Source: Pseudomonadota bacterium (GTDB lineage Archaea > Thermoplasmatota > SW-10-69-26 > JACQPN01 > JAJPHT01). From it: DNA of 64,000 bases. The notes below the pieces were generated by a model. It did not search any database. It was not told the origin of the DNA and was given only the letters and a program-made list of their open reading frames with translations. The stretch spans positions 1-64,000 of the forward strand of contig JAJPHT010000034.1 in the NCBI GenBank assembly GCA_021325135.1. The letters run 5' to 3'. This document shows positions 30,887 to 40,479 of the stretch, one piece after another. The first letter of the stretch is position 1; each line of letters begins with the position of its first letter. The position numbers were made by a program, and so were the translations under genes.

Positions 30887-31555
30887 TCACCCCTCCGAGG
30901 CGCGCCACTCGCGGAAGAACTCCGCCAGGAACGCGCGCAGGAACGCCGTGCGCTCCTCGCCCAGCTTGCGCCCCGAGGCGGTGTTGAAGTCCGCCTGGAG
31001 GCGGAGGAGCTTGTCGTAGAAGTGCTGCACCGTCGTCCCCATCTTCCCGGAGACGTAGACCTCCGGTGTCTCGGTGGGCGCGCCGTCCCAGAGGGGGCGC
31101 CCCTTGAGGCCGCCGAAGGAGAAGGCGCGCGCGATGCCGATGGCGCCGATGGCCTCCAGCTTGTCCGCGTCGCCAAGCACCTGCGCCTCCAGGCTCATGG
31201 GGCGCTTGCCGCCGGGCGCGAACGACTTGTCCTTGTGGCGCTCCACGGCCTCCATGACGCGCGCGGCGAAGTCCGCGGGGGCGCCCACCGCGGCCAGGTG
31301 CGCGCGGGCCTCGGCGAGCGCGTCCTTCGCGCCCGCGCGGTCGAGGTCGTGCAGCCACGCCGCGGCCTCGCACACTTGCGCGTCCGCGCCTTCGAGCCTG
31401 GCCAGGAGGACCGCGTTGCGGGCGACGCGCTCGACGTGGAACGCGTCGTGGCACGGGTCGTAGGGGCTCATGCCTTCGGGGGAGAAGCGGGGCGCCACGC
31501 GGTCGCGGATCGCCTGGACGAGGGTCACGCGGCGGGCAGGCGGGGCGGGCCTCAT
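30887..31555 (-). CDS. HD-domain phosphohydrolase (YedJ-like)
   Basis: HDAFHVERV, WLHD, DADKLEAIGAIGIAR, HFYDKLL. Confidence 0.9.
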   Translation of the reverse strand: MRPAPPARRVTLVQAIRDRVAPRFSPEGMSPYDPCHDAFHVERVARNAVLLARLEGADAQVCEAAAWLHDLDRAGAKDALAEARAHLAAVGAPADFAARVMEAVERHKDKSFAPGGKRPMSLEAQVLGDADKLEAIGAIGIARAFSFGGLKGRPLWDGAPTETPEVYVSGKMGTTVQHFYDKLLRLQADFNTASGRKLGEERTAFLRAFLAEFFREWRASEG

Positions 31556-32520
31556 GGCTGTTTCTCACGGGTGACGACCCGGATGGGGCGCCCCTGGGCG
31601 AAGGCAAGGAGCTGCTCCACCACGGGCTCGTAGAGCGCCTCGTAGGCGTCGCGCTCCGCGTAGCCCAGGTGCGGCGTGCAGAGCGCGTTGGGCAGCGCGA
31701 GGAGCGGGTGGCGGCCATCCAGCACGGGCTCCTCCTCGTAGACGTCCACCGCCGCGAAGCCGGGGCGCCCCGCGCGCAGCGCGGCCACCAGCGCGCCCTC
31801 CTCGATGAGCGCGGCCCGCGCCGTGTTGACCAGGAGCGCCGTGGGCTTCATGCGCGCGAGGTCCGCCGCCGTCACGAGGCCGCGGGTTTCCTTGGTGAGC
31901 GCGACGTGGAGGCTCAGCACGTCCGGCTCCGCGAAGAAGGCCTCGCGGCTGGCGGCGGCCTCGAAGCCCGCGGCGCGCGCCCGCGCCAGCGACCCCTCGC
32001 GGCCCCAGGCCACGACGCGCATGCCGAACGCGCGCCCGTAGCCCGCCACCTGCGCGCCGATGCGGCCGAAGCCGTAGACGCCCAGCGTGCGCCCCATGAG
32101 GGCCGTGCCCACGGTGCGCTGCCATCCGCCCGAGCGCAGCCGCGCGGCCTCCTCGGGGACGTGGCGCATCGCGGCCAGCACCAGGGCCCACGTCAATTCC
32201 GCCGTCGCGCTGGAGGCGCCGGTGGGCGCGCCCGCCGAGACGACGATGCCACGCTCCGCGCACGCCTCCAAGTCGAGGTGCGCCACGTAGCGCCCCGTCT
32301 GGCTCACGTGGCGCAGGCGCGGCATGGCGTCGATCATCGCGCGCGTGAGCGGCGTGCGCTGCTGCGTGAGGACGATCGCCTCCACGTCGCGCAGCGCGGC
32401 GAGGTCCACGCCGGGGCCGCGCTGCACCGCGAGGTCGTGCCCCGCGAGGCGCTGCGCCGCGCGCGTGTTGCGGAAGGCGTCCCCGTGGTCGTCCAGCACC
32501 GCGATGCGCACGGCCTTCAC
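31552..32520 (-). CDS. D-isomer-specific 2-hydroxyacid dehydrogenase
   Basis: GFGRIG, LSLH, LVNTAR, AVDVYEEEP, TPHLGY. Confidence 0.9.
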   Translation of the reverse strand: MKAVRIAVLDDHGDAFRNTRAAQRLAGHDLAVQRGPGVDLAALRDVEAIVLTQQRTPLTRAMIDAMPRLRHVSQTGRYVAHLDLEACAERGIVVSAGAPTGASSATAELTWALVLAAMRHVPEEAARLRSGGWQRTVGTALMGRTLGVYGFGRIGAQVAGYGRAFGMRVVAWGREGSLARARAAGFEAAASREAFFAEPDVLSLHVALTKETRGLVTAADLARMKPTALLVNTARAALIEEGALVAALRAGRPGFAAVDVYEEEPVLDGRHPLLALPNALCTPHLGYAERDAYEALYEPVVEQLLAFAQGRPIRVVTREKQP

Positions 32521-33377
32521 CCCTCCAGCTTCGTCTGCCGCGCCGCGGTCTGGCCCGCCAGCGCCCGCGCCAGCGCGTCGCCGTCAAGCTCGCCCCAGCG
32601 CAGCGCGCCGCAGTCTCGGTGCGGCGGCTCGGCGAGGAGGCGGTGCGCGGCGCGGGCGCGCTCGTGGCGCCCGTCCTCGGGCAGGAGGCGCAGGGCGCGG
32701 TCGAGGTCGCCCTGCGCGGCGCGGGCGAGCTTCAGCGCGCGCTGCGGGCCCAGGCCAGGGTAGCCGTCGAAGAAGTCGCACCCCATGAGGACGACGGCGC
32801 AGCGCAGCGTGGCCTCGTCGGCGTCCAGGTGCGCGAGGGCCTGCTGGGAGCGGACGAGGCTCCACGAGCGGCCTTCGGTGCGCGAGGGGTGCGCGCTGAG
32901 GTTGCGCAGGAGCGTGGGCGCGCCCATGGCGAGGGCGTCCCAATCGGTGGTGGCGACGAGGTCGGCGTGGCCGTGGCGCGCCATCCAGGCGGCCTGCGCC
33001 TCGGCGTCGTGGGGCGCGTCCAGCGTGGGCGCGCCCAGGGCGCGGGCGGCGGCGCGGGGCGCGGCGTAGTCGCGCGGCCCGATGGCGGGGACGCTGCGCG
33101 CCGCGTCGCGGGCCTCCAGCAGCTCGCGCTTGAGGGGGTGGGGCGGGCCGTCGAAGACGACGACGCTGCGGGCGCCCGCGCGGGCGAGGTCCTGGATGCG
33201 GGCGGCGAGGCCGCGGGTCGCGGCGCGGAGGGCGGCCTCGCGGTCGGCCTGGCCGCGCAGCATGGGCGTGGCGTAGAAGGCGTAGAGGAGGTTGGGCGCG
33301 TCGATGGCGACGACCCTGCCCTGGAGGTCTTCGGGGCTCACGGCGCGGGAGGGGATGCCGGCGAGCTTGACGCCCAT
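32517..33377 (-). CDS. Divergent FEN1/XPG-like 5' nuclease
   Basis: MGVKL start, AIDA.N.LY.F, VFDG.P..LK, DAEAQAA, TDWDAL..GAP...RN, GCDF..G.PG.GP; C-terminal RQTKL. Confidence 0.8.
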   Translation of the reverse strand: MGVKLAGIPSRAVSPEDLQGRVVAIDAPNLLYAFYATPMLRGQADREAALRAATRGLAARIQDLARAGARSVVVFDGPPHPLKRELLEARDAARSVPAIGPRDYAAPRAAARALGAPTLDAPHDAEAQAAWMARHGHADLVATTDWDALAMGAPTLLRNLSAHPSRTEGRSWSLVRSQQALAHLDADEATLRCAVVLMGCDFFDGYPGLGPQRALKLARAAQGDLDRALRLLPEDGRHERARAAHRLLAEPPHRDCGALRWGELDGDALARALAGQTAARQTKLEG

Positions 33378-33446
33378 CGGGGCCGCCGAGGGCTGGCTTT
33401 CCACCTAAAGTTCATCCTGGGGGACCCGGTTGGGCGACCGATCGCG

Positions 33447-34832
33447 ATGCCCGAGGACGCCGTCATTTCCTACGTGAAGGCCAACCAGGAGAGGAACCTC
33501 CAGCAGCTCTTCGACCTCCTGCGCATCCCCAGCGTGTCGGCCCAGCCCGCCAAGCATGGGAAGGACGTGGAGCGGTGCGCGACGTTCGTGGCGGACAGCC
33601 TGCGCGACGCGGGCATGGAGAACGTGCGCCTCGTGCAGACGCCTGGAAACCCCATCGTGTACGCCGACTGGCTGCACGCGGGCGAGGGCGCGCCCACGGT
33701 GCTGGTGTACGGCCACTACGACGTGCAGCCCCCCGAGCCGCTGGACCTGTGGACGAGCCCCCCCTTCGAGCCCACCATCCGCGACGGGAAGCTCTACGCC
33801 CGCGGCGCCACCGACGACAAGGGGCAGATGTTCGCCCACGTCAAGGCCGTGGAGGCGCACCTCAAGACGCACGGCAAGCTCCCGGTGAACGTGAAGTTCT
33901 TCATCGAGGGCGAGGAGGAGGTGGGCAGCAAGAACCTCGACCGCGCCATCGAGGAGCTTCGCAAGGAATTGGCCTGCGACGTGGTGCTCGTCTCCGACAC
34001 CGCGATGAAGGGCGAGGGGCAGCCCGCCATCACCTACTCCCTGCGCGGCCTCATCTACTTCCAGGTCGACGTCACGGGCCCCAGCAGCGACCTGCACTCC
34101 GGCACCTGGGGCGGCAGCCTCGCGAACCCCAACGAGGCCCTCGTGCAGGCCCTCGCGAAGATGAAGGACCCCAAGACCGGGAAGGTCAAGATCCCCGGCT
34201 TCTACGACGGCATCAAGGTCACCAAGGAGGACCGCGCCGCCGTCGCCAAGAGCGGCTACCCCGACTCCTATTACAAGAAGAGCATGGCCATCAAGGCGCT
34301 CTGGGGCGAGAAGGGGTGGAGCGCGGCGGAGCGCACCAGCATCCGCCCCACCTTCGAGGTCAACGGCATCTACGGGGGCTATCAGGGCGACGGCGCGAAG
34401 ACCGTCATCCCCGCCCACGCGCACGCCAAGGTCAGCATGCGCCTCGTGGGCGGGCAGAACCCCGAGAAGATCACCAGGAGCTTCGAGAAGTACCTGAAGT
34501 CCGTGGCGCTCCCGGGCGTCGAGGTCAAGGTGACGCGCCTCTCCGCCGGCTTCGGCGCCAAGGTGCCCCTGGACCACCCCGCGATGCAGGCCGCGACGAA
34601 GGCGCTCTCCGACACGTTCGGCAAGAAGCCCGTCTACCTCGCCGAGGGGGGCAGCATCCCCGTGGTCGCGACGTTCCAGAAGCTCCTGGGCGTCAACACC
34701 ATCCTCATGGGCTTCGGCCTCCACGACGAGAACCTCCACGCGCCCGACGAGCACATCCGCGTCGCCAACTACCAGCGCGGCATCGAGGCCAGCGCGCGCT
34801 TCCTCCACGAGGTCGCGAAGGTCCCGCTGTGA
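33447..34832 (+). CDS. M20/M25/M40 dipeptidase (Dug1/CNDP-like)
   Basis: YGHYDVQP, ARGATDDKG, EGEEE.GS, DLHSG, GGSIP, HAPDE. Confidence 0.93.
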   Translation: MPEDAVISYVKANQERNLQQLFDLLRIPSVSAQPAKHGKDVERCATFVADSLRDAGMENVRLVQTPGNPIVYADWLHAGEGAPTVLVYGHYDVQPPEPLDLWTSPPFEPTIRDGKLYARGATDDKGQMFAHVKAVEAHLKTHGKLPVNVKFFIEGEEEVGSKNLDRAIEELRKELACDVVLVSDTAMKGEGQPAITYSLRGLIYFQVDVTGPSSDLHSGTWGGSLANPNEALVQALAKMKDPKTGKVKIPGFYDGIKVTKEDRAAVAKSGYPDSYYKKSMAIKALWGEKGWSAAERTSIRPTFEVNGIYGGYQGDGAKTVIPAHAHAKVSMRLVGGQNPEKITRSFEKYLKSVALPGVEVKVTRLSAGFGAKVPLDHPAMQAATKALSDTFGKKPVYLAEGGSIPVVATFQKLLGVNTILMGFGLHDENLHAPDEHIRVANYQRGIEASARFLHEVAKVPL

Positions 34833-35416
34833 GCCCCGACGAGCTGGACCCGAAGCTGCGCGCCGCGCTCTCGGGCGAGGAGCCCCTGCGCGTGATGCGC
34901 GCCCGCGGCGGCCCCCAGGGGAACCGCTGGGCCCTCGCCGTCGTCGTGGGGCTCCTCCTCGCCGCGGGAGGGTGTTATCTCCTGTGGGAATACTTCACGG
35001 ACCCCGCGGCCCAGGTGACCGTCGACGGGGTGCCCGTCCAGACGCCCGGACAGGGCGGGCCCGTCACGCTGGGCGGCCTCTCCGTGCCCGCGGGCATCGC
35101 CCTCGTGGGCCTGCTCGTCGCCACTGGAGGGGTCCTCGTGGGCGTGCGCTCCTCCGGGTGGTACGCCGTGACGCGGACGCGCCTCGTGCGCGCGGGCTCC
35201 GGTCAGACGCTCTCGTGGGCGTGGTCGGACGTCGTCGCAGTCCGGGGCGAGGGCGTCGAGCTGACGCTGGTGCGCCGCGCGGGGGAGCCGGTGCGCCTGG
35301 AGGACGTGCCCAAGGCGGACGAGGTGGCCTCTCTCTGCTCGCCCCTCCTCCTCGAGGCGCCCACGCGCCACGCTCCCCAGCCGGGGCTCGCCTGGGACCT
35401 GGATCGCCCCCGTTGA
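34829..35416 (+). CDS. Hypothetical 2-TM membrane protein (possible PH-like C-terminus)
   Basis: GTGA coupling to the dipeptidase; two TM helices then YAVTRTRL. Confidence 0.55.
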   Translation: MSPDELDPKLRAALSGEEPLRVMRARGGPQGNRWALAVVVGLLLAAGGCYLLWEYFTDPAAQVTVDGVPVQTPGQGGPVTLGGLSVPAGIALVGLLVATGGVLVGVRSSGWYAVTRTRLVRAGSGQTLSWAWSDVVAVRGEGVELTLVRRAGEPVRLEDVPKADEVASLCSPLLLEAPTRHAPQPGLAWDLDRPR

Positions 35417-35451
35417 AAACCGCCAAATAGCAAGGGGCGTCTGGCCGCGCC

Positions 35452-36585
35452 GTGGAGACGCTTCGCCTCGCCCACGTGGCGCCCTACCTCCACCCGCACG
35501 TGGGCGGCGTGGAGAGCCACGTCGAGGGCGTCTGCGCTGAGCTTGCCCGCCGCGGGCACGACGTGGAGGTCGTGACGTCGCGCCTGCCCGGCACGGCGCC
35601 CCTGGAGGAGCGCCAAGGCTACCGCATCCGGCGCGTCCCCACGGCGGCGAGCCTCTTCACGACGCCCATCACGCCGCGCCTGGGGCGCGCGCTCTCCGCC
35701 GCGCCGCGCGACCTCGTCCACGCCCACTCGCCCCCTCCGCTCTCCTCCTGGCTCGCCGCGAAGTGGTGCCGCCGCCACCGCGCGCCCTTCGTGCTGACGT
35801 ACCACTGCGACCTGGAGATCCCCATCCCCGGCGGCGCCGCCATCGTGGAGGTCTACCGCCGCACGCTGGGCAGGACGACGGTGCGCGTCGCCGACGCCCT
35901 GGTGGCCACGACGCGGACCTACGCGCAGACGAGCCGCTCGCTCTGGTCGCGCCCCGACGTGGAGGTCGTCCCCAATGCGGTGGACGCCGCGCGCTTCACG
36001 CCCGAGGGGGGCGACTCCGGGGTGCGCGAGAAGCACGGCCTGGGCTCCGCGCCGGTCGCCCTCTTCGTGGGCCGCCTCACGCACCACAAGGGGGTCGAGG
36101 AGCTGATCCGCGCGGCGGCGCTCAGCGGCCCCCACGTCCGATATCTCGTGGTGGGCGACGGGCCGCGCCGCGGCGCGCTGGAGGCGCTCGCGCGCGACGT
36201 GGCGCCGGGCCGCGTCGTCTTCGCGGGGCGCGTGCCCGGCGAGATGCTGCCCGCCTACTACCGCGCGGCCACCCTGGGCGTCCTCCCCTCCACGTCGCGC
36301 CTGGAGGCGTTCGGCATCGCCGCGCTGGAGTGCATGGCCTCGGGGCGCCCCGTGGTGGTGAGCCGCATCCCGGGCGTCGAGGAGGTCATTGAGCCCGACG
36401 TCACGGGCCTTCTCGCGGAGCCCCTGGACGCCGAGGACCTCGCGGCGCAGGTGCGCGCCCTGGCGCTGGACCCCGAGCGGGCGCGCGCCATGGGCAAGGC
36501 GGCGCGGGAGCGCGTGCTGGAGCGCTTCACGCTGCCCCGGGTGGTGGACCGCCTGGAGGCGGTGTACCGCCGCGTCCTCAGATGA
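35452..36585 (+). CDS. Glycosyltransferase family 4
   Basis: GGVESH, VPNAVD..RF, FVGRL..HKG, EAFGI..LECMASG.PVV. Confidence 0.93.
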   Translation: METLRLAHVAPYLHPHVGGVESHVEGVCAELARRGHDVEVVTSRLPGTAPLEERQGYRIRRVPTAASLFTTPITPRLGRALSAAPRDLVHAHSPPPLSSWLAAKWCRRHRAPFVLTYHCDLEIPIPGGAAIVEVYRRTLGRTTVRVADALVATTRTYAQTSRSLWSRPDVEVVPNAVDAARFTPEGGDSGVREKHGLGSAPVALFVGRLTHHKGVEELIRAAALSGPHVRYLVVGDGPRRGALEALARDVAPGRVVFAGRVPGEMLPAYYRAATLGVLPSTSRLEAFGIAALECMASGRPVVVSRIPGVEEVIEPDVTGLLAEPLDAEDLAAQVRALALDPERARAMGKAARERVLERFTLPRVVDRLEAVYRRVLR

Positions 36586-37054
36586 CGCAGGGCTCGAAGA
36601 CCTCGACGCCGGGCGTCGGGCCCACGGTGGCGTACTGGAAGGAGCCGGGCGCGGTGATATCATACCCCTCGCCTTCGGCCTGGTAGGGGACGACGGCCAC
36701 GAAGTAGGTGCCTCCGGGGAGGCTCGCGAAGGAGACGGACTCCTGCGCGGGGCCCGCGCCGTGGTGCTCCGAGGCGCCGATCATCTCGTCGGGCGTGAGC
36801 ACGCCGTCGTCCAGCGCGTCGCCGCGGTAGACCTGGAGGTCGTAGTCCGCGCCCAGCACCGGGAGCCGCGACCAGGTGAGGCCCACGGTGACGGCGCCGC
36901 CGCCCGTGAACCAGTACCAGACGTCCCAGCCGCCCGCGTCCACGCAGCCGCCGTTGACGCCGTAGGCCGCTCCGCTGGCGCTCCCGCCCGCCGCGAAGGG
37001 CGCAGCGGGAAGAAGGAGCAGGGAGCCGAGGGCGAGGACGAGAAGCGGGCGCAT
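36578..37054 (-). CDS. Secreted stand-alone PPC-like (pre-peptidase C-terminal) beta-sandwich protein
   Basis: Signal MRPLLVLALGSLLLL; LTW...ADYDL.VY, ESV.....GTYFVAV.PY. Confidence 0.65.
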   Translation of the reverse strand: MRPLLVLALGSLLLLPAAPFAAGGSASGAAYGVNGGCVDAGGWDVWYWFTGGGAVTVGLTWSRLPVLGADYDLQVYRGDALDDGVLTPDEMIGASEHHGAGPAQESVSFASLPGGTYFVAVVPYQAEGEGYDITAPGSFQYATVGPTPGVEVFEPCVI

Positions 37055-37142
37055 GGCAGCCTCCGCAGCCGCAGGGCGCCTGGGGGCCCATGAACCTTGC
37101 CGGGGGAAAACGCTTAACCGATCCCCCGGGGGATGCGCGGCC

Positions 37143-38081
37143 ATGGCCCGGATCCTCGTCACCGACCCCCTCGACCCCGCCGCGGCGGACGCGCTGCGCA
37201 AGGCGGGCCACGAGGTCGAGGAGCGCAAGCTCACCCCCGAGGAGCTTCTCAAGGAGATCCCCAAGTACGACGCGCTCCTCGTGCGCAGCGAGACCAAGGT
37301 CACCAAGGCCGTGCTGGGCGTCGGCGACCGCCTCAAGGTCGTGGGCCGCGCGGGCGTCGGCGTCGACAACATCGACACGCAGGCCGCCAAGGAGCGCGGC
37401 ATCGCCGTCGTGAACGCGCCCCTGGCCGCCACCAACGCCGTCGCGGAGCTGACCCTCGCGCACATGCTCAGCCTCGCGCGCCAACTCCCCCGCGCCGACG
37501 CCGGCACGCGCGCCGGCAAGTGGGAGAAGAAGGGGCTCATGGGCATCGAATTGTCGGGCCGCACGCTGGGCCTCCTGGGCGTCGGCCGCATCGGAGGCCG
37601 CGTCGCGGAGCTTGCCCGCGCCTTCGGCATGCGCGTCGTCGTCTACGACCCCTACGTCAGCGCCGAGAAGGCGCGCGAGATGCACGTCGCCAAGGCCGAC
37701 ACGCCCGCCGAGGTCGTCGCCCAGAGCGACTTCGTCAGCGTCCACACGCCCCTCACCCCCGAGACCAAGGGCATGGTCAACGCCGCGCTGCTGTCGAAGT
37801 TCAAGAAGGGCAGCCACCTCCTCAACGTCGCCCGCGGCGGCATCGTCGACGAGAAGGCGCTCCACGAGGCCGTGAAGTCCGGCCACCTCGCCGGCGCCGC
37901 GCTGGACACCTTCGAGACGGAGCCCCTCAAGGAGACGCCCCTCGCGGAGCTTCCCTCGGTCCACTTCACGCCGCACCTCGGGGCCAGCACCGTCGAGGCG
38001 CAGGTCAAGGCGGGCCTCATGGTCGCCGAGGACGTGCGCAAGGTCCTCGCGGGGGAGAAGCCCGAGTTCCGGGTGGTGTGA
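37143..38081 (+). CDS. serA: D-3-phosphoglycerate dehydrogenase (short form without ACT)
   Basis: LLVRS.TKVT, GRAGVGVDNID, VAEL, GVGRIG, NVARGG, TPHLGAST.EAQ. Confidence 0.8.
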   Translation: MARILVTDPLDPAAADALRKAGHEVEERKLTPEELLKEIPKYDALLVRSETKVTKAVLGVGDRLKVVGRAGVGVDNIDTQAAKERGIAVVNAPLAATNAVAELTLAHMLSLARQLPRADAGTRAGKWEKKGLMGIELSGRTLGLLGVGRIGGRVAELARAFGMRVVVYDPYVSAEKAREMHVAKADTPAEVVAQSDFVSVHTPLTPETKGMVNAALLSKFKKGSHLLNVARGGIVDEKALHEAVKSGHLAGAALDTFETEPLKETPLAELPSVHFTPHLGASTVEAQVKAGLMVAEDVRKVLAGEKPEFRVV

Positions 38082-38144
38082 GCGCCAGATTCACCAAACG
38101 TTCATACACCCCTCCCGGCTTCGCCGCCCCCGAGGAATCACCGC

Positions 38145-38222
38145 ATGGGCCTCTTCGACAGACCCCTGGGTGCAAGTGGAGCGCCTGGAGCCGTTTTCTC
38201 GGGACTTCCAGCGGATTTCTAG
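38145..38222 (+). pseudogene. Displaced 5' remnant of terB (left junction of the island)
   Basis: ATG GGC CTC TTC GAC AGA CCC CTG GGT (MGLFDRPLG) matches terB start MGIFDKVLG; stops after 25 codons; host-type promoter CAAACGTTCATA and GAGG upstream. Confidence 0.65.
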
Positions 38223-38538
38223 GCGCGGGACCTGACCAGGACCTTGTCAGCAAGAGCTTGGGGGTCTTCGACTATTCTGGACCACAAACATCATCTCTGC
38301 ACGAACTTGGCATCCCGTACTTCTTATCGCTTCCAACGGCACGGCTGCCCTCGGAATTGGCATCCAGCCGGGAGGTGTGCACCGCCCTCGTCGGCGGCGG
38401 GACTCACAGGGCGGGCTCGTCAACAACACATGAGGGCGTCTCGGGTTTCCCCAAGGCATGCTCGTGCCCCTCCCCGCGCCTGAGCGACCATCATAGGGCC
38501 CCGTCTTGGCTTGAAAATCTCGAAAGCTTATTCACTCC

Positions 38539-40479
38539 ATGGAAGAGCTTATGGTTGGAAAAGTTGGCACGATGAGTCCATCCCAGGCGATCCGAGGCCA
38601 CGCTGCATTCCTAAAGCGGAATGGTGGCATGCTGGCCGACCTCCTTGAGGTGGCACTCCCGCCCCTGGTGCGTCCTGGGCGCAACTTCCTCACCGAGCTC
38701 ACCATCCTTGCCGCGACGTACCAAGTCAGCCCTTTGATCCATCGCAAGACACGGACAGTCCTTGTGCGACTCACACGCAAGTACCTCCCTCATGAGCGTG
38801 CGCGTTGGAGCCGCCGCGACTGGGCGGTCGCCCTCCAAGGCCTTCCGGGCGTCCGACGCGGCGCTGGCTCGCGGCTCGCGCGGATGCACAAGATCCTATC
38901 CAGGCGCCATGACTTTCCCACCTTAACTTCGATGAAGGTCTGGGGCGTGCCCAAGTGGCGTGCATTCTTCGCCGAGCTGGGCTGGGACACGAACCTCGCC
39001 TACGCTGTGACCGCCCTCCTCCTTGATCGCGAGCAGATGCCAGGTGGCCCCAACGTTCTCCATCTCTATCGAAGGCTTGGCTTCCGACTCGACCCGCATG
39101 GAAACGCTGCCGAGCACTCCCTCTTACCACGCGATCTCGAGCGCGCCAAGTGGCGGCTGCAACAGCTCGCCGTGGTGCGGTGCACGCCGCGGCTGCGCCC
39201 TGGGCCACGCACCTGTGGCGACTGTCCGCTGAAGCGCATGTGCCTCGCACACCGCGAAGCTACCGCTCAAGATAGGAACAATCGACCAGGCTATGTCGAC
39301 ATCTTCGCCGGTGGAGGTGGACTAAGCCTCGGGCTGACGCGAGCGGGCTTGGGCCTCAAGCTCGCGATAGAGAAGGAGCGGCACGCTGCCGATACACTCT
39401 ACCTTAATCATCCCGAGGCGCCTAACCGCGTCGTTGACGCACGTGATATCAGGCGCATCCTTTCCGACAAGAAGGCACTGCTGCCACTCAAGGGTACGCC
39501 CGTCGTAGCCGGCGGACCACCCTGCCAGCCGTTCTCGATGGCCCGTCGCCACAGCAAGGCCGACCAAAACGACCCGCGTAGATTCCTCTTCCGCGCGTTC
39601 GTCCGCGCCGTGGCCATCATTGAGCCCAAGATTGTCATCATGGAAAACGTCCCCGGCATCCAGAACGCAGCAGGAGGCAAGTTCAACGAAAGGATTGTCC
39701 AGGCGTTCGTTCGGATCGGCTATCATATGGACGCAGTTCTCCTGAACGCCGCTGACTACGGGGTCGCGCAAAATAGGCATCGCGTCTTCTTCATCGGTGT
39801 GCGAAAGGCGGCGTTCCGCTCGCCTGAGCGAATGCTCGAACGCATCTTTAACCGCATCAGACGCGCCCGATCGCGCCAGATATGGAGAGCAGGGGATGCG
39901 CTTCATGGCCTCCCGCGCTTTCGCGCTGGAGAAGGTGGAAACGTCGTCCTCACCGATAGCGTCGGCCGCATATCCCGATACGCAGAGAGATTGGCCGATG
40001 AGAAGTCTGGACTCGTGTTCAACCACGAGACGCGCCCACACAATCCACACGACATTAAGATTTACCGGATGCTTCGCCACGGCGAGACCGCGGCTAGCCT
40101 CGAGGAACGCCACCCCGGGATCATCCCCTATCAGGTCGAATCGTTTGGCGACAAGTACCGGAAAATCCACCCGGAACGTCCGGCTCCGACGATCCCTGCC
40201 CACCTCCACCGGGACTCAAACAGCTTCGTCCACTTCGATCTGCCGCGCGGCATCACGCCACGCGAAGCGGCCCGGTTCCAGTCCTTCCCTGATTCCTACG
40301 TGTTCCTTGGGGGCTTTGGACCCGCCTTCATTCAGATTGGGAATGCCGTTCCGCCGAAGCTCGGCGAGGTCGTCGGCCGTGCTGTCCTCGACGCGCTCGG
40401 ACAGCCTCGACGACTCGCGCGACACGCTGGGCCGCGCGCCCGGCCGACGCATCAACCTCATGCTCCCACAGCTCAATGA
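38539..40479 (+). CDS. C5-cytosine DNA methyltransferase (DrmMII-like) fused to a degenerate EndoIII/HhH-GPD domain with Fe-S motif
   Basis: DIFAGGGG, GGPPCQPFS, MENV, QNRHR, TPREAARFQSFPD, QIGNAVPP; N-domain ends C-x10-CGDCPLKRMC. Confidence 0.88.
   Translation: MEELMVGKVGTMSPSQAIRGHAAFLKRNGGMLADLLEVALPPLVRPGRNFLTELTILAATYQVSPLIHRKTRTVLVRLTRKYLPHERARWSRRDWAVALQGLPGVRRGAGSRLARMHKILSRRHDFPTLTSMKVWGVPKWRAFFAELGWDTNLAYAVTALLLDREQMPGGPNVLHLYRRLGFRLDPHGNAAEHSLLPRDLERAKWRLQQLAVVRCTPRLRPGPRTCGDCPLKRMCLAHREATAQDRNNRPGYVDIFAGGGGLSLGLTRAGLGLKLAIEKERHAADTLYLNHPEAPNRVVDARDIRRILSDKKALLPLKGTPVVAGGPPCQPFSMARRHSKADQNDPRRFLFRAFVRAVAIIEPKIVIMENVPGIQNAAGGKFNERIVQAFVRIGYHMDAVLLNAADYGVAQNRHRVFFIGVRKAAFRSPERMLERIFNRIRRARSRQIWRAGDALHGLPRFRAGEGGNVVLTDSVGRISRYAERLADEKSGLVFNHETRPHNPHDIKIYRMLRHGETAASLEERHPGIIPYQVESFGDKYRKIHPERPAPTIPAHLHRDSNSFVHFDLPRGITPREAARFQSFPDSYVFLGGFGPAFIQIGNAVPPKLGEVVGRAVLDALGQPRRLARHAGPRARPTHQPHAPTAQ

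Noticed and set aside
38082-38538. tRNA or integrase at the island's left boundary
   Set aside because: No cloverleaf or T-loop consensus and no recombinase motifs seen; the terB-start duplication explains the junction better
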